A DNA stretch of 32,930 nucleotides from Octopus bimaculoides (taxonomy: Eukaryota), in assembly GCF_001194135.2 (NCBI RefSeq), contig NC_068985.1, positions 58,720,511-58,753,440 of the forward strand. Reading direction: 5' to 3'. Shown piece by piece: positions 8,570 through 21,268 of the stretch. The translations under genes were made by a program, and so were the position numbers. The notes under the pieces are model-generated. The model was given only the letters and a program-made list of their open reading frames with translations. It made no database searches and was not told where the DNA came from. Within the stretch, counting starts at the first letter, position 1. Each line of letters opens with the position of its first letter.

Positions 8570-10175
8570 TTTTCATAATGTGTCTCTATCATTGTCATGG
8601 TTAGGGTTATTAAAATTAATGTTTGTGAAGAGGTTTCAATTTTCATCAATAACCAGATAAAATACTGTATATGTGATAGAGTAAGTAAAAATTACTGAAA
8701 CACGTTATTTAACATATGGTGTGTGAGAGAATATACAATGCGCGTACAGAGCCATTACACAGCCCTGCTTGGGTTCTCTATTGAACGTAAACTATCAAAT
8801 GTTGAACCACCTTCCATCACAGTGGCTATCATTCTATAGTAGAATGAGTTTATTACTTTGATCATATTTTAGTGGAGCAACCAAACATGAACAGAACTTT
8901 CCAGAGAAAATCACGCCTTAACGTGTCCAAGGCCTTTGTCAAATCATCAAATATCATATAAAGTTCCTGTTTCTGTTACTTGGAATTCTGATCCTGGCGT
9001 GAATTGCTTCTCGATAACCACAAAAAACAACAATGTGATTCAAGGTATACTATGTCTACTTTGTAAATAATGACTCTTTTGAGCATGACACTGGCCGTGG
9101 AAAGGAGTGGTATGCTACGATGGTTGTGCGTAAGAGCACTCATTGCCTTTTCATTTCTAAAAATCTATTATGAAGGTTATGGAGGCGTATTTGTGGGTGT
9201 GCGAGATATTTTGCTTTCACATGTTCTGCAAAAGCTCGGCACGTTTTTATTATCAGGTGATTTTGTTTAACCTGGTGAGTTCCGCTATGCTTGTAGACAC
9301 TGTCTGGTATGCCGTCTGACCTTCTTGACCTTCTCAAGAACAGTTGCGTCATGACTTTCATTACTTTTGACAGGGATGGTTCCAAGTCAAGTTGATCCAA
9401 AACAGCTTAGGACGGAATCGACTATGTCATTTTTTACTGTTGAAATTTAATCTAGGATTGTGTTGCAGTGCTCTGCTGAAGACAAAATATCGTTCTTCTC
9501 TGTAAGAAGCCTAATGACATATATTGTGAAACCTAATGCTGTACTAATGGATTTCAGAACTTAGTAGGATTTTACGTCACATTTGTTAGCAACTACTTGT
9601 TGTTCAGATGCTCTCTTCTACCACATTTTCCTCATGACTCTCTGATTTATTGCAAGTGTTTTGCCTGAGAGTACGTGGTTTTAGCTCCAAGATGACTTAG
9701 CAAAGATATACACTATATGAGCAGAGTCATCCAACCAGCTTTGATATTTATGCTTAACAAAACTATTGGTAATATGGTTTAAGGTCGTCCAGTACTGTTC
9801 AATACGCAATGCGTCGTTTGACATGCTGCCAAAAGCTTTGTTCAGAGTCTGTGCTACCGTGACTGGAGATACATTAAGCTAATTTACAGGACTGATTCTT
9901 GGTCTAGATTGTTTGACTGTAAGTTTTTATGGACATAGTGCTCCCAATCAACCTATGGTCACACCAGCAAGCTACTCTTCTCAGTTATCTGGTAATATAA
10001 ACGATTTTTGGTCCTTCTGCTTTACAAACAGCAGAAAGAACAAACAATGTTTGTATTACCAGATAACTGGTAAAAAGATCTACAATAAATTTCTTTGAGA
10101 ACTGAATTTGTGAAGAAACCGGGAAGTGCTCACGAGTAACTAAACGTTGACCTTAAGAATATCTTCACCCACGGC
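8570..10175 (-). mobile_element. Decayed RTE-clade (RTE-1/BovB-like) LINE fragment: EN-RT linker and N-terminal RT motifs
   Basis: Across frameshifts: AEHCNTIL, LDLEPSL..V.K, SDGIP (9306-9316), NHRSIPLLST..MLKRVI, ELYMIFDDLTKALD (8925-8945), FLWKVLFMFGC, KQGCV (8757-8770). Boundaries approximate. Confidence 0.85.
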
Positions 10176-10213
10176 AATATATATATATATATANNNNNNN
10201 NNNNNNNNNNNNN

Positions 10214-10255
<42 letters not shown>

Positions 10256-10265
10256 TGCGTGCGTA

Positions 10266-10316
<51 letters not shown>
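10214..10316. repeat. Compound (AG)n/(TG)n microsatellite
   Basis: Direct reading. Confidence 0.95.
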
Positions 10317-12999
10317 ATGTATAAGTGTGTATGTACGTATATGTACATATCTGTATGAACGTTTCACTTAGAATTAGCAAGAAATCGGGATACCACTACC
10401 ATAAGGTATCTATGCGTCAATCATAAATATAGACGCCTTTTAGATTTACCTAAGTAGTATAATTCACCGGGTGCCATAAAAAGATGCGATAATCCTCCGT
10501 TGGGATTTGCATGGCATCGGAAAGGAGAACACTCATCGACACATCAGGTTGACAACATGAAGAGAGGTCGAACTAATAATTGCCAACATGGTCTTCCAAT
10601 AATTCAATAGACAGAAAAAATCCTGGATGCACTTCCTCATAGGCTGATTTAGTAATGATGGGCCAGTTTGAGGTAAAATAATTGAAATCAGATTCATAAA
10701 AAAAGTTAAGTCAAAATATAAGTCGAACCAAACAATCTCAGCTATTGTAAAAGAAAACAATACAATAGTTGAGTTCAGATGAAAATTTGAAGAAATCAAA
10801 ATATATCTTTTTAAGAGGAACATATAGTTTGAACTCAGATGAAAGAGTTCATCGAGACGACTAAAATATGGGAAAACACCAACTAAAATATAAATCATAA
10901 AAATGCTATATTCTGGGGGATTTCATTTTAATTGTTATTCTGATTATGTAGTAAAATATTTACATATTTAAAATGTACTAAAATAACTCATTACAAAACT
11001 AAATGTAAATTATTTAATTACAAAAATGACTTTATATTATAATTAAAAGTTTGAAAATATATTTATTTGCAAAAGACATGCTGCTATTAATTCCTTGTTA
11101 TTTTTAGGTGCAAACAAAATTCTTAAGTTTGAACAAAATCTTTGTTTTGGAATATTTACAATACTATCGTTGTTTTTTTTTTATTATAAAGGTAAATATA
11201 ATTAATTATTATAACAGAAGCGTTTACTAGAGAAAAAAAATAGTGACTATAATGTGTAATTCGAGTGCAGAATCTTCGAATCCTCTTTTGTACTGAATAT
11301 GGAAAAGTACAGAACAGAAAAGTAACAGAAAGAAAAAAATGTGGGCACAGAGTACTAGAATAATGTTATGTATTGAAACTAGAAATGTACAGGACAAGAA
11401 AAAAAATCTTAAAATACTGCGACTGAAGTTGTACAATTTTTTCACTCTCACTCTCTCTTTCTCTCTCTCTCTCTATCTTTCTCACTATATCTCTCGCATT
11501 CTCTCTTACTTCGTCTCTGTCCTCTTCTCTCTTGCTTTGCCACTTCTTTGAAGTGTGACGCACACGGCAGTTACATACAGCGAATGAAAGAAGCTATCAA
11601 TATATTTTCTTGAGTGATTTTCAGACAGGTCGCAGAAAGGCTTGAATGTATTCACAAAACGGACGGTAATGCCCCTATTTTTACTACAGAGTAAACCAAA
11701 ACCAGCAGACTGATTTAAACTGGGTCACGTATTCACTCTACTACTTATGTTAAATCTACTATTGATATCAAGATCTGTGTAAGCATGTGTGTATATGTTT
11801 GTGTAATAGTGAAAGGAATGATACATACACAAAAACATACACAAATGATAATACACAGAAATTTAGTACTTAATTTCAACAATATTTTAAACTGTTTAAA
11901 ACATATTCTGTGGCAATGACTATCGCCTACTCATCGGCAGAATAGGCTACTCGAGTATGTAAGGGATGTATCATAAGTATCCGCATATGTACACAAACCA
12001 CGATACATTAATGTGCGCTCATATATATACACTGATATGCAAATATTTATACACGCACTTACTTATCTACACGTATTCATTTCATCTCAAATTGATAGCT
12101 AAATGGAAATGTTTGAGTATCAACAGAAAGAGAACACACAAAGATGCAGTCAGTTTTATGGGATGATTAAGTGATAAATTGTTGATCAATTTACAGAGGC
12201 CAACAAATTTTCTTTAATAGTCTGCAATCTGAAAATGGATACGACTTGTATATTTCATGAGTTTTTAAAAAGATATTTTATAATAACCTATTCCAATACA
12301 TCTCTAGTTTGTTAAGGTGAAGTAGTATATAATATTAAAACATATTCAGTGCCTTCTTAGACTTTTATCTCATCATATATCAAATTTCTAGACAAGTTCA
12401 TTGTCCTCTTACAGGTTTCAGGCTGTAAAATGCGTGATTGTATATGTGAAGTTCCGGTTTCAGCCCCACTGCTTGGTAATGTTTCTCATGAGGTACCCTA
12501 GCATCGACGAAAGCTGTGTAAGTGAAATGCCTTGCTAGAAACTGAGAAAACTCTTTCGGTTGGACAGTTCCTATTTTCTTTGGGAAATTAAATTCTTCGC
12601 TTTTTTTAGCACCAGGATCTAGCTCGTCACGGAATTTGGAGGAACACACTATATCGCAAATAATAAAACCACGTTACCGTATTTAATATAAATTCGTTCC
12701 TTTTTAGCCTTATATTTAGAAGCCTTGCAAAAGTTGTGGACGGTATGTCATGCGAGACCGTATAACAAAAAAATATTGATTATTGATATATTAGCATATA
12801 TATTCAGAATAAAATTGAACATTATACTTACAATTATAAATATAATACTCACCATAGATAATCGAGCAACGCATAAATCCGAAGTTGCTGTGAAACTTTA
12901 CCATGTAAAGTTAAATGTTAAACTTACTAAAATATATTTAGTAATCTTTCACTTTATATTCATATGTATGTATAACAATATATGTATGGATATATATAT

Positions 13000-13328
13000 C
13001 AGGCATGTGCCGTCAGTAATTACTCAGGGTAGGCAGTTTGAGACATTTATGTAGTAAAACACACAAAAATAAGCGAAACACAGCCACGTGACTAAGTTGT
13101 CGGCAAATTTATTTCCGTCTTTATAGCACGTAAATAAAGCGTTGTTGTAGGAATGTATGCAGCACGTGTACTACAGCAATACTATACGTAGCTTAAATAC
13201 TGAGATTAAAAGGAAGAGGCGAATTATGTCTACCTAATCTACAAAATAATAAAATATTTTGCGTTTATGCATAGTAATCAGATATATTTCATTCTGCCTA
13301 CCTTGCCTTCATAGGTGGCACGTCTCTG
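13000..13328. mobile_element. MITE-like element with ~40-bp imperfect TIRs inserted in (AT)n
   Basis: Left end CAGGCATGTGCC...AGGGTAGGCAG; right end (reverse complement) CAGAGACGTGCC...AAGGTAGGCAG; (AT)n on both sides; no ORF. Confidence 0.55.
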
Positions 13329-13341
13329 ATATATATATATA

Positions 13342-13393
13342 TGTGTGTGTGTGTGTGCATGTGTGTGTGCGTGTGTGGGTATGTGTGTGTGTG

Positions 13394-13433
<40 letters not shown>
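13342..13433. repeat. (TG)n microsatellite, interrupted
   Basis: Direct reading. Confidence 0.95.
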
Positions 13434-13434
<1 letters not shown>

Positions 13435-13459
13435 ATGTATGTATGCATGTATATACACG

Positions 13460-13942
13460 CAGGGAGTGATGGGTAAATTATCGCCAGTTTACATTTGTAA
13501 TTTCGCGCATGCGCATTTTTTTTTAGTTTACCGACTACTCAGTATAGGAGGGTCAATTGGGCACCGTCTGTAAGAAAAACTGCTCCATGACGCAATTCAC
13601 TGCCAGAAATTTGGAAACCAGATGCTTTACTGTTTGGCATTCGCACCGGAAGCTCTAATACAAACATTTCAGAGTTAGTGGGTGTTAATCTGAGGACAAT
13701 GCAATCTGAGGACATGTACCGGGAGTGGTAAGAATCAAACATCCCATCAACATCATAGTATTTCGTGTGATCACTAGTGATGGTGACATTACGCCTCCAT
13801 TCATCTTCCCACACGACCTCAGATTTTACAAGGAGGCCTACATCAAGTGCCTGGGTGAGGTATTGCTGCCCTTCATGAATAGGGTAGCTGCTAGATGACC
13901 CTATGTCTGGCAATAAGACCATGCCTGGCAATAAGACCATGC
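13460..13942 (+). mobile_element. Deleted Tc1/mariner-superfamily (maT/DD37D-like) transposon relic
   Basis: TIR-like start CAGGGAGTGATGGGTAAATT. N-terminal piece (GIRTGSSNTNISELVGVNLRTMQ) is fused to the catalytic-domain piece KHPINIIVFRVITSDGDITPPFIFPHDLRFYKEAYIKCLGEVLLPFMNRVAAR*PYVWQ*D. Truncated at an 18-bp tandem duplication. Confidence 0.8.
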
Positions 13943-14857
13943 CAGTTATCTAAAAGAATTTCTATTCATTACTCTTCATTTAGAGATAGGAATAAACGCA
14001 ACAGTACAGGGCTTAGTAAATTAATTTGGTATCTAAATGACCATAATAAACAATTTCATTCAGATTGGTTGATTCTCTCCATTTCATTAACATATGATAA
14101 AGGCAAAGAATTCTGCCAACTCTGTAATAGTGAACTACTTTCTATTGTATTTTCTAAGAATCCCCTTGTAAACACGGTTATAGAGCGTGCTTATCGATGT
14201 AAACATTGGCAGAAATATACCTTTAGTTCATATAAGTGTTATCTACCATTATATATAATTTGAACGTTGATTTTCTTCTTACATTTCACTTCCACTAGAC
14301 ATAACATTTTCCAAGCCGATACGCTTTTATTTTAATTCACATATCGCTCCTTTATTAGTTTTCTGCTTATTTCTTTCCTTTACCCCTTCTCTTTCAATAT
14401 GCTACCTTTGACGTTATATCTTCTAACGTTTTTTTGTTGTTTTTTTTTTAATTAATAGCGTTCTGTTCATCATTATACACATCCATCACGTTCTGTCAAA
14501 ATGACTTATTAATGAGTTTGGTTTCTTTTCTTTCCTTGATGAGAAGATTACATTGCTTTACACCATTTTATTCCTTTGGAATAATACCAATACTGTCTTC
14601 GAAACATATGTCGGAGGTAAAAAATTTGAACAACACCTGCGTTTAACTCCATTTATATATATATATATATATATTATACAAAATATTCTACATCAACCCG
14701 GAGTTTCTACGTTTACAAACTGGGTGTTACGTCCTTATTATTTGTGTGATTTTTTGCTGCCCTGGTAACTGCTTATCTATTTTTCCGTGCTAATTGTAAA
14801 CAAGGGGAAAATACACATATCCGTACATCCATTTATATACATACACACACACACACA

Positions 14858-14901
<44 letters not shown>

Positions 14902-14960
14902 NNNNNNNNNNNNNNNNNNNNNNNNNNNNNNNNNNNNNNNNNNNNNNNNNNNNNNNNNNN

Positions 14961-15019
<59 letters not shown>

Positions 15020-16869
15020 ATGTGTTAGTAATTGTGTTTACGCTAGAATACTAATGACGATATTTCATGGCATTTTAACGTTTCGTCATTCATTCCACCG
15101 TTCTTCATAGTCATCATGCTGTCTATACTACATAACCAGTGTGTCTCTTTGAGGTCAAAGCATCTTATAAAATCATCAGCTAAGTATCATTATATCACAC
15201 CATAACGTATTAACAGTAAAAGCAACTTAAATAATGCAGTCCTAAGTTGGTATTTGACTATCACATTTGAAGCGGTTGTTTACCTACATTTCTACGAAAA
15301 CTAAATTTCTTCCATTCTGTTGATATCTCTATATGTCTGAGACTGTTTATCTTAAGTCGCCTATTCATTGCCTTTTTGGTTTACATTTATTCAAAATCTT
15401 ACTTAGGATAATCATATTAGCGTTATTTTTACATTAGCCACTATCAAGGCTCGGTCTCAATAACGAGATCGTTATTGTGATTCATTCTTATATATTCTTC
15501 GGCTATATCAGTCACTTCGTCATCTTTGTATGGCGAATGTGTTCCGATACGGATTGGTGTCCTTGCTGGTGTTCATTCTGTCCATGATCCAGTTCCGAAA
15601 TTGTTATATCTCAAGCTACTGCTATCGAGCACCTTCGGATGATCTCTACACGACTGCTACTCAACAGCTATTCAACAGTCACTCAACTCCTCTACCACGG
15701 CTAGACTACCTCTATTTATATGTCTTGGGCGATCCTACTTCTTCGCTTGGGGGCATCGACACAACAGAAATGCAGATCTACCTTTATTTGTTCCATTTCA
15801 TCAGCTAAACTGTGACCCCCTTTTAATTACCAAAGCTTATCGGCTTTATATATCTCTTCTTATTTTTATGGACACATTGCATGGTCGATCTGTCCATAGC
15901 TTTTCTTTTACAAATTTCCTAAATATTACTCACCGAGTATCGCGTTTTTTGTTCCTGCTGATTCTCAAGCTTTCACTGTATTTCCCCCACCCCACCCTAC
16001 GGGAAATATTCCTATTCTCGTGGGTGCCTTCTTTAAAAATCTGTCTTGAGGGACTTTTGTTCTCTTCTTCCAGTTTCCAGGATTAATATCATATTACTTA
16101 CATATATCATCCGTTGTTCGCTCCATAAAATTTAGAGTGGTTGAAAAGAAAAGTAATTTTTATGTTCTCTTTTGTTACTCCCAATATACTAAGTGGTTTC
16201 TTGGAGCCTATTTCATTGGTGTCTTGTTGAGGCCTTCTTCGGAGTGAATTCTAATAAAAAGTAATTATAACTAATATTTTTTAAAACTTCAAATTATGTC
16301 TGCCAGATTGAATATTTGGGTTAAACATTCACAGCAGTGACAATTTAAAGGTTTATGATTTAAAAAAAAAATTTTTTTAAACCTACTTTACTGTAAAAAG
16401 AAGAAATTCTGATGTATTTGGGTTCCTTTTAGGATTAGTTTAATAACTCTTTCTGCAATATCCCGTTCTGTCAGCTAGAATAAATTAATATGGTTAACTA
16501 TTATGAGTTCTATATATATTGTAAGAACCGTACATGTTTTGTCTAATCACTTTATCTTTACTGTCATGTACCTAGAATCCAACTCCGCTCCTTCATTTTA
16601 TTTTTCCTTTCCTCTCCACTGCGCCATCTGACTGCCTTGCAGATGGGGCAGTAGAGAAAACCTTTTACTTGAAATGCGACTTCAGTCTGCATGATCTAAT
16701 CGACAGCTGTTTATCTTCCTTACCACATCCAAGGTGAGTCATTTGGCTACTTAAGTTGTAATATCTGTCTGTTTGACCAGGACATCATTCTCGTCTTTGG
16801 TCACAGTTCATATTGTCATCTCATCGAAATATTCATCGCAAGGAAATCTAATGCACAAATTACTGATAA

Positions 16870-17104
16870 GGCGGTGAGCTGGCAGAAACGTTAGAACGCC
16901 GGGCGAAATGCTTAGCGGTAATTCGTCTGCCGCTACGTTCTGAGTTCAAATTCCGCCGAGGTCGACTTTGTCTTTTATCCTTTCGGGGTCGATTAAATAA
17001 GTACCAGTTATGCACTGAGGTCGATATAATCGACTTAATCCGTTTGTATGTCCTTGTTTGTCCCCTCTGTGTGTAGCCCCTTGTGGGCAGTAAAGAAATA
17101 AGAA
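16870..17104 (+). mobile_element. Full-length, well-preserved tRNA-derived SINE
   Basis: GGCGGTGAGCTGGCAGAAACGTTAG head, B box GAGTTCAAATTCC, central core GGTCGACTTTGTCTTTTATCCTTTCGGGGTCGATTAAATAAGTACCAG, and A-rich tail AAAGAAATAAGAA. Two relatives at 1890 and 2087. Confidence 0.88.
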
Positions 17105-19565
17105 TACTGGTTCTGTGGCTTATTTCAGAGTGGATAAACTGGTCGATGCCTGGAAATTATTCTGCACTTTAGGGAATAGTACCTACTAGACAACCGACAA
17201 AACAACACTAGACAAATTAGGACAATTTAGACCTGTACTCTTGCACCCACTCCAACGACTTCAATGACACCAACTTATTGCTAACTTTTTGCATCATTGT
17301 AACACTCCACAGAACGTTCACTGTCGCTAGCAACGTGAACATCAATTATTTTTATGGTTAAATTAAACTAACTCTCATGAGATTAATAGTTATTAATCTA
17401 ATTACCGTTAGTTGGGTTTAACCAGAAAATTAATTGAAGATAATCAGTTTACTTCTCTCCCAGAACTTTGCTTTCTTCCATACAAAACATTCCTTATACA
17501 ATATACACCATAACGAATATATGATTTTTCTACTGTTTCCAGAAAGACACAGAAATACATAATGCACTACTCATATACGACACACCCACCCACTAACTTA
17601 TCACAATATCATGCTTTATTCATATCATCCGCACTTCAGCAGAACATATTCACATTAAATTCCCCAGAACATAGGCATAAACATATTGAGAGACACACAA
17701 CATACTCGCACATTCTTTCCTACAAACTAACGCATAATATATTCCTAACTCCCTTCCATCATCCATTGCTCATCTCACATAACTTTTATAGCACTCGCAC
17801 ATTTGGCAACCAGCCTTCATTCCACACACCAGCTTTTTTTATTTAACGTTTATCAATTTTTAAAACTCTTTTTTTTTTGTTATTGACAGAAACTCACTGT
17901 CCGAATTGTTGAATTTTCTTACGTTTCTGCTGTGAAATGTAATTATATAAATTTTATAGAATCATGACTCAATATTGTCATTTGTTGCTTTTTTGCTGTT
18001 GCTTACGATGGTTTCCTCGTGACTTAACTGGATTTTTCTAATACCAGCCTGACGTAATACATAGACACTGCAAAGTTTATATTATGTATTTCTGTGTAAG
18101 TTTATGAATAGTGTTATATGCCAGAAGAGTTTGTAGCTATACTATTAAATTCTCATTCATTTACACAGCGTGTCTTAGAGGCAATAATTCACAGTAATAT
18201 CACTTGAAATTCCCTTTGAAATTTCTTATCATAAATCATCAACTGCATACAAATAAAAGTATATTTCTGTTGGAACTGCCGTAAATACATTATTACACAG
18301 TTACTTTATTTCATTCATTATAGGAAAACCAAGTATCTCTAACTTTATGACCATCTCGTAGTTGAAATATTACCTACTATAAAACGTTTCAAATATCACA
18401 ATAGAAACTAACGCCTTATTTATCTGAATGTACGAGAGTTTTATTGGTTCCATTCAGATGGTGTGAAATAGGAAGTTAAGGAATATGTGACGTTATGGAA
18501 TGTTTAGAATTGCAGAAACGAGCAGAAGTGTGGATTTTGAATGGTGTGTAATGTTTAATATTTTGTCTATGGAAGAGAAACATCACACCATTGACTTGGT
18601 TGTCGGGAAATAATAGAGAAGTAGGTAGGTTGTAATACCAATTATTTTATGTGCATGTTTGTGACAACACAACGCCCAGAATAGATCACGATTTATTTTT
18701 GATCTTAAACATAGCAGCACTTGATTTCAGAATATTCAGAATCATTGTTTGCAAACGCCGAGTTTGTTCAATTACAGCAAGTCAGCGATCGACAGTGTTC
18801 TGGCAGTGCCTATCCCGTCGTTATTTTTCAAGTAATATACGCAGTTGAAAAAGCCTCAGATTAAAATAATGTGTCTAGCAACCCCACCCCCGATGATATG
18901 AGCTAAGCCTTGTGCTTATAACACATAAGTGCCCTTTAAAAATCATCTCCGAGACAAAATATTGCAGCTAGGATTGTTCTGCTTTCCATGCGCATTATAA
19001 ATTCTATACACGGCAGTATTTTGCTCTTCAGATTTAATGGTTATCCTGTTGTGAAAACAAGAGTCTAAAATTTATTCTCAAAGAAATTGACCTTTCTGTT
19101 AAAGAAAGCAATTGATATTATTTTTATACTGCAGGTAGTACTATCTACACCAGAAAAAACTAATACTCATTATCTTATGAAACTTGAAAACGATAATTCA
19201 TAGAACGTTGAATATTTTAAACATGCTGATCCAATTAGCAGTAGTTGAATTTTATCTTGCATATAGATAGTAAAACTAAGGGATAGATATATTGTTCCAT
19301 TTCTATTTTGTGCAGATCTACGTACACTTATTCATTTGACAAATATACGAAATTGTTATGTTATAAATGAATTTATGACTATCTGTGTATGTTTGCTGTG
19401 TTAAGTCTCTCTAAATTTCTATTCCAATACGACGAGTGAACTAATTCAGTAATCGAGAGTTTTTAAATAATTCTGATATTACACTTCCAGTTACCTTTCT
19501 TAAGACAGTCTAACACCACATGTAGTCCATTATAACTTCTTAAATTGATTCCTCATTTTTATCTA

Positions 19566-20834
19566 TTAGGTCGTCAAGTATGAACTTTGTAATAAAGTAT
19601 TTGGTAATATTTGACAGCTTCTCATTTTGCGCCATTAAGACATTTTGACAATCTTATTTTTTGATGAAATACTGACACACCTATTTCTTTATTCTCATTT
19701 TGCATTTTATAAATTATATATAAATCGTTTTTTTTTTTTGGCTATTTTTATTTGGAGATGGATAAGTCGGAAATTCGTAAAGTTTCGAAATATGAGTTCT
19801 TTCTTCGAAATACAGCATCACACACAGCTCTGAATATTAATGAAGTATTTCATTCTAACGTTATTACACAGCAGACAGTATCAAATTGGTTTGCAAAATT
19901 TCGTTCTGGTAAGTTTGACCTAACAAATGAGCAACGCAGCCGAACAGAAACAAATGTGGATAATGTCGAACTGAAAGCCACCGTCGGGTCATATCTATCT
20001 CAAAGTGCTCGTGAAGTATCGTTGTCATTTGGTGTCAGCAAGCAAACAATATTGACTCACATAATTCAAACCAGTCAAGTGAAAAATTTGGATAAGTGGG
20101 TTCCACATGAACTCAATGTAAATCAGAAATAACAACGTTTGGAAGCCTGCATTATGCTACGTTCTCGTCTCAAAAATGAATCATTATTGAATTGAATTGT
20201 AACATATGAGAAAAGGATCCGATACCACAACCGTAAACCTTCAGCACAATGGTTGGACAAAGAAGAGCCACCAAAACACAGTCCAAAAAGCAAAATTCGT
20301 CAAAAGAATCTGATGGTGTGTGTTTCATGGTCTCGAGCAGGTGTGATCCATTATGATTTCATTAAAACTGGCTCATCAATCACGTCCGAAATATATTACA
20401 GCCAACAGGACCTCATGATGCAGAAGCTTAGATTATTCAACAGATCTACTCCTATTTTATTGCAAGACAACGTCAGGCCGTACATCGCAAAAATGACTGC
20501 CGAAATTATAGGATTTGGAGTTGGAAGTTCTCCGTTACCCACCATACTCACCTGATCTTACCCCCACTGACTACCACTTCTTCCAGACATTGGATAACTG
20601 TTTGATAGGAATAAAATTAATTCCGACGATGCTGTAATACATGCTTTTCCAAGATTTTATTGACTCTAGATTGTCAGGTTTTTACAGTTCCGGGCTGGAC
20701 AAGCTATTGCTGAAATAGCAAAAATGTATTGACAATATGGGCGCATACTTTGATGAATAAAACTATTCCTTGTACTTATAAAACTTTAGGAAAATTTTTT
20801 TGCTTTTCTACAAATTTCATACTTTACAACCTTA
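19566..20834 (+). mobile_element. Full-length (1269 bp) decayed mariner transposon (Hsmar1/cecropia-like)
   Basis: TIRs TTAGGTCGTCAAGTATGAACTTTG and (reverse complement) TAAGGTTGTAAAGTATGAAATTTG, with TA at 19564-19565 and 20835-20836. Confidence 0.93.
19758..20760 (+). pseudogene. Mariner transposase pseudogene
   Basis: MDKSEIR..WFAKFRSG..WVPHEL..IVTYEK (first catalytic D lost)..LLQDNVRP..PPYSPDLTPTDYHFF..QKCIDNMGAYFDE*; in-frame stops and frameshifts. Confidence 0.93.
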
Positions 20835-21190
20835 TAGCATTTCAGTGGGGTGATATGTATAGTATCTTGTAAGAGAACGTGGCTGCTATATCTTGTAGGG
20901 TTATAATTTAGACATACACACTGACTTTATTAATGGGAATATCGGAACAATCCACTGTTGCTGACGCACTGAATTTGTCTCCATCAACTAGCCAACAACG
21001 CAAGACATACTCATTTCATATATCAGAGAAATGTTATGACGCCCCACTCTCTAAGACGTGAATAGCATGGGCATAGAACCCACCAAGTAGTTATGAATGG
21101 AAAACATTACAATGATTAAGGATATGTCCAGTATATATGTATGTAAGTACGGATACATACATATTTTACGTGGGTAGGCAGACTGGTAAA

Positions 21191-21268
21191 TAGGTAGGTA
21201 GGTAGTAGGTAGGTAGGTAGGTAGTTAGGTAGGTAGGTAGGTAGGTAGGTAGGTAGGTAGATAGGTAG
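21191..21268. repeat. (GGTA)n microsatellite
   Basis: Direct reading. Confidence 0.95.

Noticed and set aside
12415-12492. Possible second receptor exon (CAG|VSGCKMRDCICEVP...HE|GTACCC)
   Set aside because: In frame, but lacks the W-x(n)-C-D and TM3 D3.32/CTASI motifs and is not hydrophobic; weak donor.
10130-15110. ORFs of poly-HT, poly-CV, poly-YI and similar
   Set aside because: Translations of dinucleotide microsatellites.
15078-15526. Minus-strand UGAUGA..GAAACGUU (15078-15120) and UGACGAAG..AGCCGAAG (15493-15526) hammerhead-like words
   Set aside because: Core mismatches and no consistent stem I or stem II pairing.
15530-15808. 92-aa ORF with a hydrophobic N-terminus
   Set aside because: No recognisable family, no splice or promoter support, and a length compatible with chance.
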